IMG/VR virus record: IMGVR_UViG_3300011965_000002
DNA: 38,950 nucleotides
From: a virus
Strand: one strand, 5' to 3'
A model generated the notes under the pieces. That model searched no databases. It was not told where the DNA came from and saw only the letters and a program-made list of their open reading frames with translations. The position numbers and the translations under genes were made by a program. This document shows, piece by piece, positions 34,475 to 38,950 of this stretch. Numbering within the stretch: position 1 is the stretch's first letter; each line of letters begins with the position of its first letter.

Positions 34475-35401
34475 ATGCCCGCTATAACAACCACAATGCC
34501 ACCTGAGGCCCTCCTCAGGAAACATAACCTGGAGTACTTGGAGTACTATATAACTGAGAAACTCATACCTGAGGTCCCATTCCTCAACATACTCCCAACA
34601 GCTGATAACACGACAGGGGAGTTCACCAGTGTCGTGGAATCTATGAACCCGGTCGCTGATATCAAGGATGGGAAGCAGGGACTTCCTGGCCTTGCTAGTG
34701 AGGCTTCAGACCTGACCACGATCCAGTTGAAGGCTGGGAAGGTTGTCTCTGGGAACACAGTCTCATATGGTTACAGCCTCGCATACACTGACAAGGACGC
34801 TGATAGAGGCCAGTTCACAGCTGATATACAGTTAGCGACTCAGAGGATGATCGCAGGCTTCGCATACTTCCTGAACGAGTACATCGCATCAGAACTCGTT
34901 AGGACAGCAGGCCTATCCGCCCCAGATGACCTCAGTGACTGGGCCCTCGATGAATATGATCCCCGCGGAGACCTCCTCAAGATACGTAAGAAATTCAGGG
35001 AAGAAACAGGCCTATTCCAGGCTGATATGGTCCTCCTATCACTTGATCCATACTGTAAGATCCAGGAGTACCTCCTAAGCTTCGATAAGGAGGTGGATGA
35101 GGAGAACATGTCAGTCGATGGTATGATGATCAAGAACGTTGGTGACTCCTTCGATGACACGAAGGACATGATCGTCATGGACTCTAAGGCCCCTCCAGGC
35201 ATCATAGAGAAGTATGTTAGCCCAGAATACTCAGCACTATCATCACAGGCCGCCCCAGGAGTCCCACCAGCACTTATCAACATCAACGAGGTTAAAGAGG
35301 ACACCTACCCACACAGGAACATACTAGAACTCTGGGTTGACATCGGATACAACAGTAGGGAGCCTGGAAGCCTCATGACAGGACAACTTATCAGATCATA
35401 G
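34475..35401 (+). CDS. Major capsid protein (HK97 fold)
   Basis: 308 aa at the canonical position in the head module. Confidence 0.8.
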   Translation: MPAITTTMPPEALLRKHNLEYLEYYITEKLIPEVPFLNILPTADNTTGEFTSVVESMNPVADIKDGKQGLPGLASEASDLTTIQLKAGKVVSGNTVSYGYSLAYTDKDADRGQFTADIQLATQRMIAGFAYFLNEYIASELVRTAGLSAPDDLSDWALDEYDPRGDLLKIRKKFREETGLFQADMVLLSLDPYCKIQEYLLSFDKEVDEENMSVDGMMIKNVGDSFDDTKDMIVMDSKAPPGIIEKYVSPEYSALSSQAAPGVPPALININEVKEDTYPHRNILELWVDIGYNSREPGSLMTGQLIRS

Positions 35402-35402
35402 G

Positions 35403-35762
35403 GTGACTGTTATGTTCACAAGACTTCTTAGACGTAAAGGAGGCCCTATTAAGGGCCTCACCGACTTTATTCATGAACTCGTTGTCTCTGTCTCTGAGAT
35501 CAGTGGCAGTGTCTCTACCCTCAATAACCGAGTTCTTGCTGTGGAGAACAAATCCGTTGAGATCATCGGGCCGCGGACAGGGACAGGTGAAGAGGAGACA
35601 GTGCCTCACACTCTCGGCGTAGCTCCAACAAAGGTTGTTGTTGCCCTTGCATCAGTCCCTGGGGAGGGAGGGGCGCTAAGTAGTGTAGGGGCTAAAACAA
35701 ACACGACTGTGAAGGTGACTGTAACAGGATCTGCTGATTACTACCTCATCCTGCAGAAATAA
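35403..35762 (+). CDS. Putative head fibre / minor structural protein
   Basis: Short coiled coil plus VPHTLGVAP beta-rich C-terminus. Confidence 0.45.
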   Translation: MTVMFTRLLRRKGGPIKGLTDFIHELVVSVSEISGSVSTLNNRVLAVENKSVEIIGPRTGTGEEETVPHTLGVAPTKVVVALASVPGEGGALSSVGAKTNTTVKVTVTGSADYYLILQK

Positions 35763-35784
35763 GACTCTGTAAGAGGGTGTATGA

Positions 35785-36174
35785 ATGGTTTCAGTTGACA
35801 CTGAGAAGATCGTCGAGATGGTGAGCGTCTACGTCGACACTCCCTCAGATACCCTCGTTAATGGTGCGGTGGATAACGCTACTCAGACAGCGCTTCAATC
35901 ACTGCGCACAGCAGGCTACGATGAGACTTCACTCGATGGGTACACTGAGGACACATACAGAGTGGCTATAGAGTTCTACGCGATAGCAGACCTTATCAGG
36001 GCACTCTACAATGCTAATGACTCGTCAGGGGAGGAACAGGTCAGGTACTACATGGAGAGAGGGGATCGTCTGATACGTGAACTGATCAGTGAACTCGATG
36101 AAGGCTCCTTGAACCCTGAAACCAGCCCCATATCCGCCACTAAAACAGATTACAAGTATAATACGAGGTACTAA
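35785..36174 (+). CDS. Head-tail adaptor-like protein
   Basis: Helical 129 aa at the adaptor position. Confidence 0.55.
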   Translation: MVSVDTEKIVEMVSVYVDTPSDTLVNGAVDNATQTALQSLRTAGYDETSLDGYTEDTYRVAIEFYAIADLIRALYNANDSSGEEQVRYYMERGDRLIRELISELDEGSLNPETSPISATKTDYKYNTRY

Positions 36175-36204
36175 AAAGGATAGAATGTTTTTAGGAGTAG
36201 TGTC

Positions 36205-36636
36205 ATGGTATTTGAGATCGAGATAGACCGCGGCGCTCTTGATGCCCTTGCAGGGGCCGCGGATAAGGTGAAGGACTACATAATCGCCGGCCTCGATGAT
36301 TTCATGAGGAGCATTGAGTCAGAGGCTAAATTCAGCGCTCCGATCAGGACTGGGAATCTCAGGGCGAGTCATGTGATCTATGCTCCTGATGAGTTCACCC
36401 GTGTCCTGACTGTTGACACGAATCAGGCCCCATACGCGGTGTTTGTACATGAGGGTACCAGTCCACATATCATTGAGCCTGTCCATGCGAAGGCCCTGTT
36501 CTTTGATGGCAGGTTCGCGAGGAGGGTTCATCACCCTGGGACTCCACCCAACCCCTGGATGAGGGATGTGATTGAGGACGCTGACCCCACAAGTCACATA
36601 GAAAACTACCTCTCACTACTCCTTGGAGGTTTATAG
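36205..36636 (+). CDS. HK97 gp10-like tail completion/neck protein
   Basis: APIRTGNLRASH, YAVFVHEGT and HPGTPPNPWM. Confidence 0.85.
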   Translation: MVFEIEIDRGALDALAGAADKVKDYIIAGLDDFMRSIESEAKFSAPIRTGNLRASHVIYAPDEFTRVLTVDTNQAPYAVFVHEGTSPHIIEPVHAKALFFDGRFARRVHHPGTPPNPWMRDVIEDADPTSHIENYLSLLLGGL

Positions 36637-36637
36637 G

Positions 36638-37069
36638 ATGCCTGATTACTCCTACATCAAGGATATAGGTTCAAACCTTGTTGATCTTCTTGAATCAACA
36701 GGCCTGTTTGATGATGTGCGTTTAGGGGTCCCTGAGAAGACTCCTCAGTTTAAGAGGGCTGTTGCAACTGTATACATGACTGAGGGCTCATTTGAGAACA
36801 CTATGGGGTCATATAACATACCAGTAGAGGCTAAGTCAGTTGTATTCGCAGTGTATCGCGGTACAAAGCCAGAGAGTTATGATAGGGCCATGGATGACCT
36901 TACAACGATCATAGGGAAATTTAACAGTGACAAGGACTGGTATACAGTGAAGGGCGCGACACGCATGACAAGCATAGAATCATATCAGTACATACCCCGA
37001 GCCGTTGGCCAAGCATTCTACACGACGATAATATACACCCTCAAACACGACGTTAGACAACCCTACTAA
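36638..37069 (+). CDS. Tail terminator-like protein
   Basis: Position between gp10-like and tail tube genes; ATG 36638 after GGAGG. Confidence 0.55.
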   Translation: MPDYSYIKDIGSNLVDLLESTGLFDDVRLGVPEKTPQFKRAVATVYMTEGSFENTMGSYNIPVEAKSVVFAVYRGTKPESYDRAMDDLTTIIGKFNSDKDWYTVKGATRMTSIESYQYIPRAVGQAFYTTIIYTLKHDVRQPY

Positions 37070-37098
37070 GATTATAAAACATTTTTTGAGGTGAATAC

Positions 37099-38082
37099 AT
37101 GCCACCAGTACGATATTTTGGTTTTAAGAAGGAAACAAGCTTCGGGACTGAGGCAACAGGCTCCAAGTATGATATCACGATAGCAGAGTCAGTCAGCCTT
37201 GATGTCCCTGATGACCCTGTGATACCTTTACCCACATTATCCGCGTTCCCGCGCGGACAAATCGCAGGGTACTACGCGAACAAGGGCTCATTCGAGTACC
37301 CAATAGATATCAAGACGATAGGATACCTCCTCTACTTTGGTATGGGAGGTTATACCTTCACTTCAGGGACACCAAACAACACACACGAATTCTATGCCTC
37401 CCAATCCAAGACGCTACCATCATTCACGACACGTGTGGGTAAGGACACCTTTGAGCACGTGTTCCTGGGGACTGTTGTGAACAAGATGAACGTCTCAGTA
37501 GAGGATGAAGTCGCGGTGATGAAGACGGATCTCCTCGCTAAGAAGGATAAGAAGGATAATATAAGGACAACCCTGAATGAGCCGAGCGGGATATTCCCAA
37601 TAGCGTTCTACAAGGTGAACGTATCGATTGGAGGCACTGATAAATCCCCTAAGATCAAGTCCTGGGAGCTTGAATATGATAATGGTATCAAGGAGGATTC
37701 TGGTCGCGGATTCGGATCCAGGTTCCCCTACGCATTCTATACAGGGGATAAGTCCTGTAGCCTCACCCTGAAGATGAAGGACGATGACAGTTCTATTCTT
37801 GAAGCCTTCTGGGGTGACAGTTCAGGTGCTAGTGAAAGCTCACCCGCCACATTCCAGGTTGTCACCACATTCGACGCCGGCTCAGCAGGCACTATGACCG
37901 TAACATTCCCTAAATGTTACTACAAGAAGATTGACACATCAATTAAGGGTGCTGAGCCCAGGGAACCACAAGTAGAACTCGGATGCCTTGAAGATGAAGT
38001 AACACTCAATGATGGCACCACAAAAGTAACCACACCTTGCTATGTCAAGATAGTGAACTCCGAGACAAGCGTATCAACCTAA
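37099..38082 (+). CDS. Major tail (tube) protein
   Basis: YFGFKKETSFG N-terminus, beta-rich, canonical position. Confidence 0.85.
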   Translation: MPPVRYFGFKKETSFGTEATGSKYDITIAESVSLDVPDDPVIPLPTLSAFPRGQIAGYYANKGSFEYPIDIKTIGYLLYFGMGGYTFTSGTPNNTHEFYASQSKTLPSFTTRVGKDTFEHVFLGTVVNKMNVSVEDEVAVMKTDLLAKKDKKDNIRTTLNEPSGIFPIAFYKVNVSIGGTDKSPKIKSWELEYDNGIKEDSGRGFGSRFPYAFYTGDKSCSLTLKMKDDDSSILEAFWGDSSGASESSPATFQVVTTFDAGSAGTMTVTFPKCYYKKIDTSIKGAEPREPQVELGCLEDEVTLNDGTTKVTTPCYVKIVNSETSVST

Positions 38083-38104
38083 AATGATATAGGAGGAATT
38101 AGTT

Positions 38105-38548
38105 TTGAGCAAAAACAAGGAGAACATCCAATTATTTGAGGAACTCCTGAAAGGGAGGGAAGGATACGTTGAACACAAGGTTGAGGGTCTTGAAAGACCA
38201 GTGAAACTAAGACCACTTACATGCTCTGAGATACTGGAACTGCAGAAGATAGAGAAAGAGGGGATGAAGGCCACAATCGATATAGAGGGCCTCATGAATA
38301 TGTCCCCAGGTGAGCGCAGAGCAGCTGTGAAGGACCAGACACAGAAACTGAAACAAGAACTTGACTTCGCGAAGACACAGGAGGCCAGGGCCAAGGTGAA
38401 AATGACCGCGGTGGCCTACTCCTCAGAGACCCCGATGGAGATAATCCAGAGGCTCCCTCACCGTGTCCTGAATGACCTGTTCATGAAGGTCATGGAGATC
38501 AGCAGCGTATCAGAGGAAGAACTGGACACACTCAACCAATTTCGCTGA
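38105..38548 (+). CDS. Tail assembly chaperone (gpG-like)
   Basis: Between tail tube and tape measure; VKLRPLT..E motif. Confidence 0.75.
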   Translation: MSKNKENIQLFEELLKGREGYVEHKVEGLERPVKLRPLTCSEILELQKIEKEGMKATIDIEGLMNMSPGERRAAVKDQTQKLKQELDFAKTQEARAKVKMTAVAYSSETPMEIIQRLPHRVLNDLFMKVMEISSVSEEELDTLNQFR

Positions 38549-38783
38549 AGAAGATGAAGGACGTATCCTTTGGGCTGTACACAACTCAGGGGCGCGTATA
38601 TGTGACAGAGCATCAGACCTAACCGAGAAACAAAGAGTCTTCCTAGCCCACGCATACTACCTCGAATTGAGGGAGGAGCGCGAATTCCTCGCTAAGGCCC
38701 TCGGCGCGGAGGTTAGTGATGGGGGTGGAGGAGTCTCAGAGTCTATGAAACGGAAGGCGAGGAGGATGGCCCAACGGGTCTAA
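38541..38783 (+). CDS. Frameshift extension of the tail chaperone (gpT-like), +1 frame
   Basis: 80-codon frame FAEEDEGRILWAVHNSGARIC...LTEKQRVFL with no usable start; overlaps TTT CGC TGA at the chaperone end. Confidence 0.7.
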   Translation, partial: FAEEDEGRILWAVHNSGARICDRASDLTEKQRVFLAHAYYLELREEREFLAKALGAEVSDGGGGVSESMKRKARRMAQRV

Positions 38784-38814
38784 ACCACTCCTCATTTTTT
38801 TTTAGGGTGCATGT

Positions 38815-38950
38815 ATGGATGAGATAAGTGTAATTGTAAGACTATTAGACGAGTTCAGTGGGAACCTGTCATCGATGGTATCCACCGCAGAGTCTGCTCT
38901 TTCAAGCCTTGAATCGACAGTAAATTCAGCATCATCATCATTATCAGAGA
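38815..38950 (+). CDS. N-terminus of the tape measure protein (continues at position 15)
   Basis: MDEISVIVRLLDEFSGNLSSMVSTAESALSSLESTVNSASSSLSE is open to the window end and in frame with the ORF at the window start. Confidence 0.85.
   Translation, partial: MDEISVIVRLLDEFSGNLSSMVSTAESALSSLESTVNSASSSLSE

Larger units (their letters stand above)
1..38950. mobile_element. Tailed archaeal virus genome (Caudoviricetes, siphovirus-like), probable Methanobacteriales host; apparently complete and circularly permuted
   Basis: Full set of terminase, portal, protease, capsid, neck, tail tube, chaperone, tape measure and tail tip genes. Pseudomurein-binding endolysin, archaeal PCNA, GGTGA RBS motifs, ends joinable in frame. 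Confidence 0.95.

Noticed and set aside
1-38950. Integrase, reverse transcriptase/DGR, transposase or tRNA genes
   Set aside because: No tyrosine or serine recombinase, YxDD RT motif, template/variable repeat pair, IS ends or cloverleaf seen.

Overview
The window looks like an essentially complete, circularly opened genome (~38.9 kb) of a tailed archaeal virus with siphovirus-like architecture. The host is probably a pseudomurein-walled methanogen. Support: a pseudomurein-binding-repeat endolysin, an archaeal PCNA and GGTGA ribosome-binding sites. Methanothermobacter is my best guess from composition and the PCNA sequence, and that is an inference. The tape-measure gene is split across the ends with a 14-bp in-frame overlap. 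Modules: tail and adsorption (1-11000), lysis and accessory genes (11015-14304), replication (primase/helicase-like Rep, a GGTNACC repeat field, PCNA; 14853-18203), regulators, an accessory island (19.4-23.0 kb), a CRISPR-derived operon (23223-27287), then TFB-like, holin-like, packaging, head and tail genes. The standout is an array-less type IV-B-like CRISPR-Cas effector operon (csf1, cas11, csf2, csf3, cysH-like). Inserted into it are a translationally coupled DNA methyltransferase and a small membrane protein, and its CysH-like protein has no cysteines. Next to it lie a stand-alone Csx16 (ring-nuclease-like, candidate anti-type III) and a divergent cassette of small acidic ORFs with an AbrB-like gene, whose TATA box is enclosed by inverted repeats. 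I found no integrase, DNA polymerase, cas1/2/6, CRISPR array or tRNA. All family calls come from motif recognition by eye; no database searches were run.
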